Below, one piece after another: positions 25,501 to 39,542 of a DNA stretch of 64,000 nt. The notes under the pieces are model-generated. The model saw only the letters and a program-made list of their open reading frames with translations. It was not told the origin of the DNA and searched no databases. Numbering within the stretch: position 1 is the first letter of the stretch; the number at the start of each line of letters is the position of its first letter. The DNA comes from Octopus bimaculoides (Eukaryota): assembly GCF_001194135.2 (NCBI RefSeq), contig NC_069005.1, positions 15,418,654 to 15,482,653 of the forward strand. Reading direction: 5' to 3'. A program made the position numbers and the translations under genes.

Positions 25501-27871
25501 ACAGCAAAGTCTTAAAGAACCCAAGATAAATAAAAGAATGGCCATTTGGTATCATTGTTATTGCATAGCTCTGGTGCCTATGCACATTTATTCTCCCAAG
25601 GGAGTCAAGGGTAAAGGAATTGAAGTGTGAGACAGAATTGTTGCTTCCATGATGCAGTCATGGCACTTGGTATTTACCTATAATTTAATCTAGTTATAGT
25701 CAACTAATCTGTAGTTACTTATGATTAACACAGAATCGAGAGCTGAATACATGGCAGTGTTCTGTTCCCAGTGTTAATGGATATTAGTGCAAAGCTTACA
25801 TAGATTGTATACAGATTAGTTGAAATGGTGAGAAAGAGAGAGAGGAGAGACAAGGAGGAAGAGATAATAACAATGGTCTGGATATATCCTAAGGATAGAA
25901 GAGATGATGTTTGTTGAATATTAAAATGGCATAAAACAATATAAGGTTTAAGGTGGTTAGGGGAGTTGCAAGTGGGTAAGGTAGCTAGGTTAATAATAGA
26001 CAAACTGATAGAGATATAGAGACAAATATATGCAGATAGACAGACACACATATAGATAGATAGGTAGATAGATAGATAGATATTTGAATAGACATATAAA
26101 CTGGTCGGTCATCGGTTACAATGACAAAGGTTCCAGTTGATCTGATCAACAGGAACAGCCTGCTTGCGAAATTTACATGCTAGTGGTTGAGCACTCCACA
26201 GATACCTGTGCCCTTAATGTAGTTCTCAGGGAGATTCAGTGTGACACAAAATGTGACAAGGCTGGCCCTTTGTAATACGGGCTACTACTCATTTTTACCA
26301 GCTGAGTGGACTGGAGCAACATGAAATAAAGTGTTTTGATCAAGGACACAATGCACTGCTGGGAATCGAACTCATGACCTTACAATCGTGAGCCGAATGC
26401 CCTAACCACTAAGCCACATGCTTTCACCAATAAACATATAAATGGACATATAAACAGACAGATGTATTGACAGACAGACATATAAATTGATAGACAGATA
26501 ACTAAACAAGCATTTAGATAAGCAGCCAGACGTACATACAGATGATCAGACAGAAGCAATATTCAAATGGCACTTGTCAAAGATTTCATGCAACTCCTGC
26601 TTCAAAAGTTTTACAAGAATAAAACAAACACAAAAACATAAAAACGAGATCAAATATTAAAATTAAATAATTAAATTTAAAAAATTAAAACCAAAGCAAT
26701 TTGTACAATAACAGACACTCTAAGGGGGTGGGGAGTAAGTGATATTACTGGAGATTTCTGAAGTAAAATAAAATATAAAAAAACAAAATATTAAAAAATA
26801 AAACAAAAATATATTTTAAAAAATTAATTAAATAGACAAACAAGATATTAAAACGAAGGAAAGTAAACAAAAGAAATTCATGCTGGTAATTACAATAAAA
26901 ATAAATGAAAATAAATAAATTCTGAGAATAACAAGTGGGTGTAATTAGAAAAACAGAGGTAGAAGGTGAATGATACAATTATGAAAGGGTGAAAGAGTAA
27001 TTTCATTTACTTTAGCAAGGAGAGGCAATAAATAAATAAATAAATAATAGCCATGACAATAAAAATCAAAATCAACTTAACCTGACAAAACAATTTATAT
27101 TTTTTAAGGAAAGAAGAAAGATGTGTTTAGGAGAGAATTAACAGAGAAAATAATAAACACATGTATTCATAATTGTGTGTGTGTATGTGTGTGTAATGTG
27201 AGAGAGAGAGAGAAACATGGGGTATGCTTTGTTTGGTGAAGGGTGAAATGTCAGATTCTTGCCCTGTAAAGATAATGATGAAGGAAGCGAAACAATAGCA
27301 TCACTCTTGGCTTCTCACTGATGGTGACGAGGAAAAGGAGGAAGAAGAAAAAGGAGAAGAAAGAAGAGGAAAAGAATAGAAGGAAGAGAAAGAAAAGAAG
27401 AGAAACTTGAAGAGTTTTATACGAAAGAAAAAAAAACACAAGAAAAACCTCTCATCAATTTGTCAAATTTTCTAAAAGAAACAGAAAAAAATTTTTTTTA
27501 AAGAAATAAAAACTAAAATAAAAAAGAAACATGAAAAGAATGAAAAAATATTCTTTCAAGTTCTTGAAGAAAACAAAAAACAAAAAAAAGTAAATAAATA
27601 AACAACCAAAAGGAATATTACTAATCTGAAGAATTTTGATTTCAAATTTTCAAATAATTCACAAATTCATTCGTCTCTAAGATATAGATTTTCATCAATG
27701 ACTATCAATATTGATTTTGTGGCTGTGTGGTAAGAAGCTTACTTCCCAACCATGTGCTTTTGGGTTCAGTCACACTGCATGGCACCTTGGGCAAGTATCT
27801 TCTACTGTAGTCCAGGGCCAGCCAATGCCTTGTGAGTGAATTTGCTAGACAGAAACTGTACAGAACTTCTT

Positions 27872-27935
<64 letters not shown>

Positions 27936-28651
27936 ATATATATATAGATATATAGATATATACACATATGTATGTGTGTGTCTTTTTGCCTGTCACCCCA
28001 TCACCATTTGGCAATCGGTGTTGGTATGTTTATGTCCCCATGGCTAAGCAGTTCAGCAAAAGAGGCCAACACAATAAGTACTAACCTAAAAATAGCCCTG
28101 GGGTTGATTTGTTTGACTAAAATCCCTTCAAGGTGGTGCTCCAGCATGGCTGTAATTAAATGACTGAAACAAGTAAATGATAAAAGATGCACACACAAAC
28201 TAAGCACTTGAATCACATGTTAGTTTAGTGTGCATCTGTGTCATCATTGTCATCATCACCATCATCAATGTTTTATTGTTTATCTTTCCAAGTCTGCAAG
28301 GATCAGATGGAATGTGTCGGGGCAGATTTTTGCCCTTCTAGTTGCCAACCCTCATTTGTTTTGAAGTAAGGTAATATATCCCCATTGTTGGATATGTTTC
28401 CACAGGAGATTGGAAATACAGAATACTGCTTGTATGAAGGTGAAGCTTGTTTACGACTATCTGTCGGATAATGTCAAGACATAGACACACACACACAACA
28501 GGCTTCATTCAGTTTCTGTCTACCAAACTCAGAAAGCTTTCACTGGCCTGCTATAGCTATAGTAGATGATACTTGGCCAAGGTGCCACACAGGAGACTGA
28601 ACCCAAAACTATAGGATTGGGAATAAAACTTCTTAAATGTACAGCAATGCC

Positions 28652-28758
<107 letters not shown>

Positions 28759-29706
28759 GAGGCAAATAGATCTCAGTTAGCTTCAGTTGTTCAATCAATT
28801 CCCTTATCTGATCATTGAATTAATGCTTAAGTGACTGAGTATCCTACAGAAGTGTGTGCCTTTAATATAATCCTTAGGCAGAATCAGCTTGAATTACAGG
28901 TATAATTCATCTGAAAGGCTTCGACACAATTTCCATGTAACTGGTTCTATTCACAAGGCTTGGGTTAATCTAAGGCTATGGTTAAAGACATTTCCTAAAA
29001 TTCCACAGTGGGATTGAATCCAGGATTGTGAGGCACACTCCTTAACTATTCAGCCATGTTGCTTTAATGTGTGTGTGTGTGTGTGTGTGTGTGTGTTCAG
29101 TGCTCATTCATAACATAATCCTCCACCTTTTTATTCAGTCTAAGACCTTGCAGTTACAGTTACACTTTGCTTTGTTGATGAGGCCTAATAAGATTGAAAC
29201 ATGTCTGGAGTTGTCACCCATAAAGATCAAATTCACTTCCAATAGCATTTGATACTTAATTAGGTTAAATTACATTTTGGGATTATTTTCTCTTCCTTTT
29301 TTTTTTTGCCACAATTACTCATTTAGATAATTTGTTCTGAGCAGATTCGTTAAAAAAAATATAAACAAAAGAAAAATGCTACCATTGTCATTATAATCCT
29401 CTTCCTCATTATTTTGTTTGTTCTTATATCTGGTAGAATCTATGTGGGTAGCAGGTATCCACAATCTTTCAATAATGGCAAACATTCTGTAGAAGCTCTA
29501 CAGGGCATTCTATTCCAACCTCTTTCAACCACTCATCTATATCTTTGCTCACAATTCTCTGTACACCAATTACTATAGGCACAACTTTTACAATTCTCAT
29601 ATTCTAAATTCTTGCAGTTTCAAATTTTAAGTGAATTATTATTATCATTATCATCATTATTATATTTCAGCCCTTGTGGCCAATAAAGAAATTATTATTA
29701 TTATTA

Positions 29707-29756
<50 letters not shown>

Positions 29757-30193
29757 GTTATCATTATTGTTGTTATTATCATTATTATCATTATTATTAT
29801 TATTGCATGGTTTCACAACATACCCATACATAGGCCTGCGTGCCTTGGCTATGCATACTGTTACATTTCTGTATTTTCTTTTGTCTGAAAAACAATTTAT
29901 GCAGTGTGTGTGGGTGTCGTACCAAGTGGCTTTATTTTCCCATTTTTTTCTTACCTTTCATTAGTCTTACCATTTTCCAGTCTTATTCTTATTGTTTGCC
30001 ATGCACAATCAACTCTGTACAAAATCTCAATGTATGTGTGATATTCCTTTATCCACCTCCCTCTTGGCAAATAAAAGAAATTGCCTTTAACATCATCATT
30101 ATAACATAGTTGTTTATATTTGTATCCTTATAGACATGATATAATAACCGTTATTTTCATTGGTAGAATCAAGAAGAATGGAATTAAATTCAC

Positions 30194-30343
30194 CTGGAGG
30201 TTTCATTATTGCTGATAATTTCTCTGATTCATCACTGCTATTGAAATCCAGGTCTGGCTGTGTACTGAGGCCACTGAGGACACTCTCGTCGGAGTGGTGT
30301 CCCGAGGCAACCAAGATGGAAGAAAAGTCAATCAAGTCTACAT
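30194..30343 (-). CDS. RIMBP2: RIMBP linker exon after SH3-1 (DVDLIDFSSILVASGHHSDESVLSGLSTQPDLDFNSSDESEKLSAIMKPP)
   Basis: Acceptor cttctctcctcag, 150 nt, donor CAG|gtgaat, phase 1-1. Joins the SH3 exon in frame (G+AT = Asp). Lies within ORF-track 30114..30335. Confidence 0.85.
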
Positions 30344-30712
30344 CTGAGGAGAGAAGTAAGTGTAAATCACACCGTTAAATTCTAATACTGAAACAACGAA
30401 ACACAATAGACATGTTGCCTTGTACGAAGAAGTCTAAAAATGATATTCCATCTCTGATTTACAAATGGAAGAGCAAAAGAATACAGACACAATTGTGCAT
30501 ATTCGTCTTTTATTGTGTTTTTGTTTAAATTATGAAAAAGTAGAAGAAAGAAAAACCATGATTTAATTGATAAACAAAATACTTATCAAAGGCATTATTA
30601 TGTCTTGATAGATTTTGTGAAAAATATAAGAAAACGAATGAATTCATATTCAAGATTGGAGACAAGTAATGCAATGTTGCCAGATATTTCTGAAGAAGTA
30701 TGTGCTTATGTG

Positions 30713-30774
<62 letters not shown>

Positions 30775-32163
30775 TACTTCCCAAAATAGCTTTTGTTATG
30801 ATTTCATTAATTAACATCTTAATTATTATTGCATTTTTTTTTAACCCAAGTCAAGGGAGGGCTATTTGGAAGAAATCTTTTTTTCAATCTTTAAAAACTC
30901 ATGCTTCATAATTTACAGATAAATGTAACATTTTACTGGCTTTAGTGACCAAGATATACATAGTCAAGGTTTCTTTGCTTTTTCTTTTCTTTGTCAGAAA
31001 TAAATTTAAAACAAAAATCTGTGAATGTTAGACAACATACTGCTAATTAAAAGCAACAATTAGGATCTTTGCAATAAATTTTAATAACACTTTCTGAGTA
31101 ACAAGCCACTGGATTTGCCTAAATAACTACACATGCACACGCAGCTATAATACACACATATACTTAGATATGTTATATACACACTCACACACATAATACA
31201 CATATACATTTATGTATGTACACACTCACAGACAGATAGATCGATAGACATTTCTATACATTTTAATTCATAGTTCTTCACAGCAAATATCGAGACATTG
31301 TGCTGATTAAATGCAATAAATAAAAAAAAAAAATTAAAGCCTTTTGGTTATGAAGTAAACACTGGATGAAGAAAAGTAAATTAGTGGTATCAAAAAAGAA
31401 AGTCAATAAAAACAGCAGCTGTTTCTTTTGAAGAAAAGCAAAGCAAGTTAAGAAGGAGAGATAAACAGGTAGAGAAAGAAAAGAGCCTGTTGGAAATAAG
31501 TATGTAAAATATTAAGAGAAAGGAACAAGGATGGGGGAAAAGTACCAGAGCACTTAGCAATTCTCTTATATACCTGAAACAGTTGAGAGACTGTATGAAT
31601 CTTTATAATAATGGAACTAAATGAAACATACACATGTGCGTGCGTGCATGCACACACACACATGAATGACCACAAATATGTCCATCCTCAGCACTTGCTT
31701 AAGGTATGAGCACACTGGTTGTTACCTGGGGGCCTTCATGGGACTAGGAGCTCAATTCTGATTTATACATGCTATAGCCTGTTGTCAATAAATAAATACT
31801 TATAAAGCTCAGTACATTGATTTGCCTAGGGGCCTATAATGCTGTTAAGATAACCCTGTCTATTCTTATGGCTGGAAGTTAGGGGCCTCGGACACAACCA
31901 AATTCCTTGTCACACACTGAGGTCTTATGAACTTTACAGGGTCTTCCTTGCCCAATCCTTGATGTCAGAGTTCCATTCAACAATTCCACCCTATCACTAA
32001 ATCACTCTTCATTACATCAATCACTTTTTCTTTGTAACTGTGAGCCCATCACTAATTAACCCTTCTGTTGCCATATTTCTGTTGAAATGCACTACTTTTG
32101 CATCAATTGATTTCGAAAATAATAAAGAATTTACTAAAACAAATTTATTTTTATTAAGTTAAT

Positions 32164-32492
32164 GTGAAAGCACATGGCTCAGTGGTTAGAGTGTTGGGCT
32201 CACAATCATGAGGAAGTGAGTTCGACTCCTGGACTGGGCTGTGTGTTGTTCTTGAGCAAGACACTTTATTTCACGTTGCTCCAGTTCACTCAGCTGTAGA
32301 AATGAGTTGCAACATCACTGGTGCCAAGCTGTATTGGCCTTTGCCTTTCCCTGAGATAACATCGGTGGTGTGGAGAGAGGCGGCTGGTATGCATGGGTGA
32401 CTGCTGGTCTTCCATAAACAACCTTGCCCAGACTTGTGCCTGAGAGGGGAACTTTCTAGGTGCAATCCCATGGTCATTCATGACCAAAGGGG
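32164..32492 (+). mobile_element. tRNA-derived SINE with the core gtccttgagcaagacacttta
   Basis: Head tggctcagtggttagag...gagttcgactcc. Related copies at 26101-26427 (-), 35987-36300 (+) and 48898-49228 (-). Confidence 0.8.
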
Positions 32493-33878
32493 TTTTTTAC
32501 CCTTTTTTTATATCTCTAATTTACTGTGATCACTTCCTCACCTACTTATTGCCTCCACTTTTAGGCCTATTCACTTCTTTATCACTTCCACAAACCATTA
32601 CATTACTTCTCTGTCAAAACGCCTTTCGTCTAAAACTCTAGACTTTTTCACTGTTCACAACAATCAACCTTACCAATTACCACAGTTTATGGAACCTCTT
32701 GACTTTGGTTCTTATTTCGCCAATGTTTCTAATGTGATTACTATCCTTATTTCTTTGTTTTTGTTTCTGTCTGATACACATAAACTGAAATCAAAAATGA
32801 CCACATCACTCTGATCATGAAAGTGTCAAAATGGTGTCCATATCTGTGACAGCAACTTTGTCTGCTAAAATCATTTGTTTTATTGATCGGTTTTTCTCTT
32901 CATATTTCAATCATCTAAAGATTCCTTCAGACATAATTATAGGCTCCATTCTACTAAATCCCGAGAGTGGCACACCCATTATTGTATCCTTCTTGGAAAT
33001 TAGTGAAACAAGTACTCTAATTACATTTGACAGCCTCTTTAAGATCACTGAAATACGAAGAGACAACTGCATAGTTCTGGGTTCAGTCCTGCTGCGTGGC
33101 GCTTGTACTGGGAAAGTAGCTTGCACTATAGCCTTGGGCTGACCAAAGCCTTGGGAGTGGATTTGGTAGACGGAACCTGTATGTATGTATATATATATCT
33201 ATGTGTGAGAATCTTTATGTCTGTGTTTGTCCTCCACCACCGCTTGACAATTGGTGTTGGTGAGTTTACATCCCAAAACTTAGCAGCTTGGCAAAGAGAG
33301 ACCAATAAAATAAGTACCAGACTTAAAAAAAAAAGTCTTGGGGGTCAATTTGTTCAACCCTTTGAAACAGTGCTCCAGCATGGCTGCAGTCAAATGACTG
33401 GAACCAGTAAAAGAATACATGTTAACTTGGCTTATGAAGATATATGGATTTATGATTATCTTTTGACACTCTATGACCCAAAATCTAATTAACTGGGAGA
33501 AAAGATACCTTCTGAGCAGAAAACTTTGAGCAATTTCTTAAAGTGGTCCTGTGGAAAAATTCCAAAGTTCTGCAACATAAGGCATCTATTAATAAAATTT
33601 AATCGAAATTAATTTTATATAAAAATGGTGTTTACCATTTTGAAAACAAGTTTTGTTTTTAAATTAATAAATTATCTCTCTAAAATATATGCAATAAAAG
33701 AAGACACTTGCTTAAGGTGCCACACAGTGGAACTGAACCAAAAACCGTCTGATTGGGAAGTAAGCTTCTTACCACACAGCCATGCTGGTGCCTATAGCTT
33801 AACTACTTTAAGTTTATCTCAGGTTTTTCTAATACATGTCATTTTGTGTAATATATATATATATATATATATACATCT

Positions 33879-34962
33879 CATCATTATCATTTAACATCTG
33901 TTGTCCATGCAAGCATGGATTGGAGTTTGACCAGGGCTGGTAAGCTGAGGGGCTACACCAGACTCCAGTCTGATTTGGCATGGATTCTATGGCTAGATGC
34001 CCTTCCTAACACCAACCACTCTGAGAGTGTAACAGGTGCTTTTATGTGGCACTGGCACGGGAGCCAGTTGCATTGCACCAGCATCTTCAACATCTGTGAG
34101 TTCACTTGGCTCAATGGGTTTTCTTCTCAAGCACAGTATATTGCCAAAGTTCTCAGTCATTTGTCATTGCCCCTGTGAGGTCCAACACTCGAAAGGTGCT
34201 TTTTACGTGCCACCAGCATGGGTGCTAGTTATGCGACACCAGCATTGGTCATATTGCCTCCCTGAGGCCCAATGCTCAAAAGGTGCTTTTGTGTGGCACC
34301 AGCACGAGTGCCAGTTACATGACTCTGGTATCAGCCATGACTATGATTTCACTTGGATTGATGGGTCTCCTTTTCAAACACAGCATATCACCAAAGGTCT
34401 TGGTTATTAGCCATTGTCTCTGTGATGCCCAATGTTCAAAGATCATGCTTCACCACCTCATTCCATGTCTTCCTGGGTCTACCTCTTCCACATGTTCCCC
34501 CCAGTTAGAGATCAGCACTTCTTTACACAGCTATTCTTGTACATATGCATCACATGACCATACCAGCGCAGTTGTCTCTCTTGCACACCACATCTGATGC
34601 TTCTTATGCCCAATTTTTATCTCGAGATGTTTATATTCCGTCATACATGCACACTAACAATGCACAGCCAGCGAAGCATGCTAGCTTCATTTCTTTCAAG
34701 CCTACACATGTCCTTTGTGGCTAGAGCCCATGTTTCACTGTTGTGTAGCATGGCTGTTTGCACACAGGCATCATGCAGTCTGCCTTCTATTCTGAGGGAG
34801 AGGCCCTTTGTTGCCAGCAGAAGTAGGAGCTCTCTGAACTTTGCCCAGCCTATTCTTATTCCAGTGGTAACACTTTCTGAGTATCCACCCCCATTACTGA
34901 CTTGGTCACCAACAGATGCTATCCATTACCTCTAGCCTATCTTGCTGACATTTGATGGAGTC
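33879..34962 (-). mobile_element. Second copy of the same RTE LINE 3' end
   Basis: Reverse complement is colinear with about 19740-20500 (RLERNEASML, LRWYGHV, GRPRKTW). (GAT)n tail at 33879. Confidence 0.88.
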
Positions 34963-35017
34963 TATTTTTTTTTGCATAAAGAATGCATTAGTTTGAAGCT
35001 TGGTAAAAAAAAGAGAG

Positions 35018-35050
35018 TTTGACATTTCGAGCATAGCTCTTCATCAGAAA
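35018..35050 (-). ncRNA. Minimal type-I hammerhead-ribozyme-like motif, activity unknown
   Basis: TTT-CTGATGA-A-GAGC(TAT)GCTC-GAAA-TG-TC|AAA: intact core boxes, 4-bp stem II, 3-bp stem I. Confidence 0.5.
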
Positions 35051-35240
35051 GGAGAAAGGGAAAAGTCCAAAGAAGGAAATGAAATTATCAATAGCACGTG
35101 TGTAGTTACATTGCTGAAGTGTGTGGTTGTGTGAGAAGAAGTTTGCTTCCTCATGGTTCCAGGCTCAGCCTTTTACTATAGCCTTGTTCCGACCAAAGCT
35201 TTGTGAATAGATTTCGAAACTGAAAGAAGCCTACCATATA

Positions 35241-35274
<34 letters not shown>

Positions 35275-35535
35275 TCCATGTCTGTGTTTGTCCCCCCCAC
35301 CACCACTTGACTGGTGTTGGTGTGTTTACATTTCTGTAACTTAGTGGTTTGGCTAAAGAGCCTGATTGAATAAGTACCAGGCTTTAAAAAAATAAGTACA
35401 AGAGTAGACTTATTCAACTAAAATTCCAAAAGGTGGTGCCCAGGCATTGTCACAGTCTAATGACTGAAACAAGTAAAAGATATATATAGGGTCTCCATTC
35501 AATAAAGCTAACTATGCAGTGCGCACGCACACATG

Positions 35536-35583
<48 letters not shown>

Positions 35584-35951
35584 GGTTTAATATGACAAAC
35601 ATTTCTGGAGTTTTCACCATCTTGCCAAAGATGAAACTCACTCTTGCATTGCATTTTCCCTGTTTTAATAATTAAAAAAAAACTGTTTTCTCTGTCTTTT
35701 TGGGGCAGAGTTAAGAAGATAATGATTGGTTCTTTTAACTATGGAAGTAATTAACAATTCTTGCTCACTATATTAAACTAGCTGCCCCACACAGGTGTGG
35801 CTAAAGGGCAAAATTCTTGTGACTCCAAGATACCTGCTGACAATATGGAAGGGTTTGCAATGAATTTAGAAGAGCTTGCAAAACATCTGAGTAGAACCTG
35901 AACTTTCTGTGTGGGGCAAAACATCTATGATATTTATTTCACCTATATCTA

Positions 35952-36802
35952 CAGGGTGTCCCAGAATGAACTATTTCAGTGAACTGGTGTGAAGGTGTGT
36001 GGCTTAGTGGTTAGGGTATTCAGCTTCCAATCGTTATGTTGTGAGTTCATTTCCCAGTGACATGTGTCCTTGAGCAAGATTCTTTATTTCACGTCACTCC
36101 AGTCCACTCAGCTAGCAAAATCAAGTAGTACCTGTATTTGAAAGGGCCAGCCTGGTTACACTCTGTCACACTGAATATCTCTGAGAACTACATTAAGGGT
36201 ACATGTGACCATGGAGTGCTTAGCCACATGCATCTTAATTTCACAAGCCTGTTGATTGGATCAACTGGAGCCCACATTGTTGTAGCCAATAGAGTGACAG
36301 TTTTTCAGTAAATTTGAACAATTAAAAAAAAACTCTCTTTTATTTACCTTTATCAAGTTTAATATGTGTTAATAGTGTATAGATTTTAAATTTTGTTCAT
36401 AATTTCATAATTTTTATAATTTTTGAAATAATTTTATCTTCATTCCTGTTGGATCCCACTTATCTGTCCATGACAGTTTTTTTCAATTTGGTCATAATCA
36501 TTTTCTCTAGGTACATCCCCAGAATGGAGCAATAGTTTAGTTGAACTTAACACATTCAGTTAGCAGTGCAGGAGATAACTCCTGAAATGAGCCAAAACAT
36601 TTTGCAATGCTAGGATAGATCTGAAATTTGCAGGGATACAGATGGATCACATGTTGAAAATTTTCAATAAAGTTTTGATGTAAGATTTAGAAATCTATTT
36701 GTTATGGTATCATGATTAAGTAATAAACATAAAATTTTGTCAGTTAAAAAAAAAAAAATTGTTGATTTCATTAAAACAGAGAGTTAATTCTGGGACACCT
36801 TG
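35952..36802. mobile_element. Tc1/mariner-type MITE with a nested SINE
   Basis: TIRs cagggtgtcccagaatgaact / gagttaattctgggacaccttg. TA on the left flank. SINE inserted at about 35987-36300. Confidence 0.7.
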
Positions 36803-37102
36803 GATATATGTTAGCAGCTGAAATTTGTAGTTTCAACCTAGCCAAGTCTCACCATCCATGCAGCTTAGATTAATTACACAGTTTCAGGTCAACCATCATA
36901 TAAATTCAGGTTATTTGTTATAGAATTGTCTAAATATAATTACATTTTAGAAACATTTAGCATATGCAAAACTGAAATGTTTAATCAACAGAACACCAAC
37001 AGAAATACAAACAACTGAAAACTTTCCTCTCTTCAAACATCAGAGTTTTAGCAAAAGAAGACAAATATCTGTTTGAATAAACAAAATGACAGGAGTAAAT
37101 AG

Positions 37103-37156
<54 letters not shown>

Positions 37157-38029
37157 TGCTTATAATGTATGTGCGTGTGTTTGTCTATGTGAGTTGGTGT
37201 GTGTGCCTATGTGTGTATGTTTGTGTATTTGTGTGTATATATGTGTGTTTATGTGTTTCTGTTTGTATGTGTGTGTTTGTGTATACATGTGTGTTTGTAT
37301 GTATATGTGTGTGTTTATGTGTCTGTGTATGTTTGTATGTATATGTGTAAGTTTGTGTGTGTGTGTTTGTGTATGTTTGTGTCAGTAGTAGTTATAGTAG
37401 TTGCTCTGCTGGTGTTAGTAGTAATTCTAATAATTAAATAATAATGCAATAAACTATAAGAAACGCCAAAGTAGAAACGAAGAATTGGAATCTGACAAAG
37501 ATAACACACAGGTATCTAAGCGTTATGGGATTTTGTCTTTTCTTTTTAATAAATAATATAAAATGCTTCCAAAATTTTAACTCTGACAACCTCACATTTT
37601 GCTATCACCAGCTGCCTTCTAACACAGGATTTAAAACATGGCCAACCCACTAAAACCAGTAAGAAGAAGTGTGATAAGAGAAATTTAATTGTTAGCAATG
37701 AGAAAGCTAAATAGATAGCAAATCAAGGAATATCACCTGCAATTGACTGACATTTTATCCAGGAAGAAATTTATCCCTTGTCTCATTTATTTATGTATTA
37801 TGTATATTTTCTGAAAGTTAAGCGTTGCTAGTAATAGGTTTCCAGCAGGCCAGATGTTATAATGGAAGACAAATAATGATATTGTGCTCAGACAATAACT
37901 TTATAAATAAACAAGGAAAACACTGCAACAATTCCAAACCAAAGTGCAGTAAGGTCGGACAAATTACTGCTAAGCACCTTGCCCAGCAAGCTAACAATTC
38001 TGCCAGCTCGCTGCCTTAAAAATAATAAC

Positions 38030-38070
<41 letters not shown>

Positions 38071-38087
38071 TAATCCTTTCTATAATA

Positions 38088-38258
38088 GGCGCAGGAGTGG
38101 CTGTGTGGTAAGTAGTTTGCTTACCAGCCACATGGTTCTGGGTTCATTCCCACTGCGTGGCACCTTGGGCAAGTGTCTTCTACTATAGCCTCGGGCCGAC
38201 CAAAGCCTTGTGAGTGGATTTGGTAGACAGAAACTGAAAGAAGCCTGTCGTATATATG

Positions 38259-38301
<43 letters not shown>

Positions 38302-38525
38302 ATATGTTTGTGTGTCTGTGTTTGTCCCCCCAACATCGCTTGACAACCGATGCTTGTGTGTTTATGTCCCCGTAACTTAGCGGTTCGGCAAAAGAGACCG
38401 ATAGAATAAGTACTAGGCATCGAAAGAATAAGTCCTGGGGTCGATTTGCTCAACCAAAGGCGGTGCTCCAGTATGGCCACAGTCATATGACTGAAACAAG
38501 TAAAAGAGTAAGAGTAAAGAGTAAT
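38088..38525 (+). mobile_element. tRNA-derived SINE family A, best-preserved copy
   Basis: A/B-box-like head (tggctgtgtggtaag...ggttcattccc), internal (AT)/(GT) tract, tail gactgaaacaagtaaaaga. More than 10 further copies, e.g. about 9085-9470, 11337-11700, 13580-13980, 18200-18545, 27720-28190, 33066-33415, 40800-41160, 59725-60140. Confidence 0.85.
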
Positions 38526-39542
38526 AAGTACAAGGCCTGAAATTTTGGAAGAAGGGACTAGTTGATTACAGTGACCCCAGTGCTTGACTGGTGTTTGTTT
38601 TATCAACCCTGAAAGGATAAAAAGCAAAGTCAACCTCAATGGAATTTGAACTGGGAATGTCAAAGAAATTATGCTAAGCTTTTTTGTCCAATATGGTAGC
38701 AATTCTGCCAGCTTGCGGTCTTAATTTCAATTTTCAAATTTTGGCACAAAGCCAGCAAGCTGTTTATATCAACCCCAGTGTTCAATTGGTACTTATTTTA
38801 TTGACCCTGGAAGGGTGAAAGGTAAAGTTGATCTTGGTGGAATTTGAACTCAGAACATAAAGCCGGACGAAATACTGCTAATCATTTTACCTGGCATGCT
38901 AACAATTCGGCCAGCTCACCACCTTTGAATAAATAAGCATTACATTGAACAGAGTAATCTGAAAGAGTTAAATGAGTTTAGAGAATGGATGGGGGTAGAT
39001 AAAGAGGTGATAGACATAAGTTTGTCAGAAAGATTGAGACAATGCACACAGTAATAGGAGTGGGGGGGGGTGATGTCAAAGATGAGTGAAGATACTGAGG
39101 GTCAACCACCATTCTGTGTCACACATGCTACCAATATAACTCTTTGGTTAAGTGGATATCTTCTGACTTCCTGGAAGCATTTCTCTTAAAGTGTCAGGTA
39201 GATTGAATTATGAATGAGAAGAATTTCCTCAAGAACAGATAAAAATGTGTATATACACACATATGTGTGTGTATATGTACGTATGTATACATATATATAG
39301 ATATATATATATGCATATACATACATATATATATGTACATATATGTAAGTATGTATGTATGAGTACACACACACACACACACAATTATATAAAGAGTATT
39401 TTTAATTGCTATTTTGTGACACCATTGACCAGCAAAACACACACACACACACAACCGAAATAACTGCACTGGGTCAATAATTTAACATTTTCTAATCTAC
39501 TTCTGACTATAACTGACATTATCGATCATGTGTGTGGGGGGG

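Noticed and set aside
27251-27320. Acceptor after a CT-rich tract (SEKPRVMLLFRF...)
   Set aside because: Wrong phase for the linker, with immediate stops in phases 0 and 1.
32164-32240. tRNA-like heads with A/B boxes (many copies)
   Set aside because: These are SINE heads continuing into SINE bodies; no full cloverleaf, so no tRNA genes called.
32520-33060. Higher-complexity segment with short ORFs on both strands
   Set aside because: Multiple stops and no recognisable domain; probably an old element.
37086-37441. CV/YI/TH/LLLL-rich ORFs throughout the window
   Set aside because: Translations of microsatellites.
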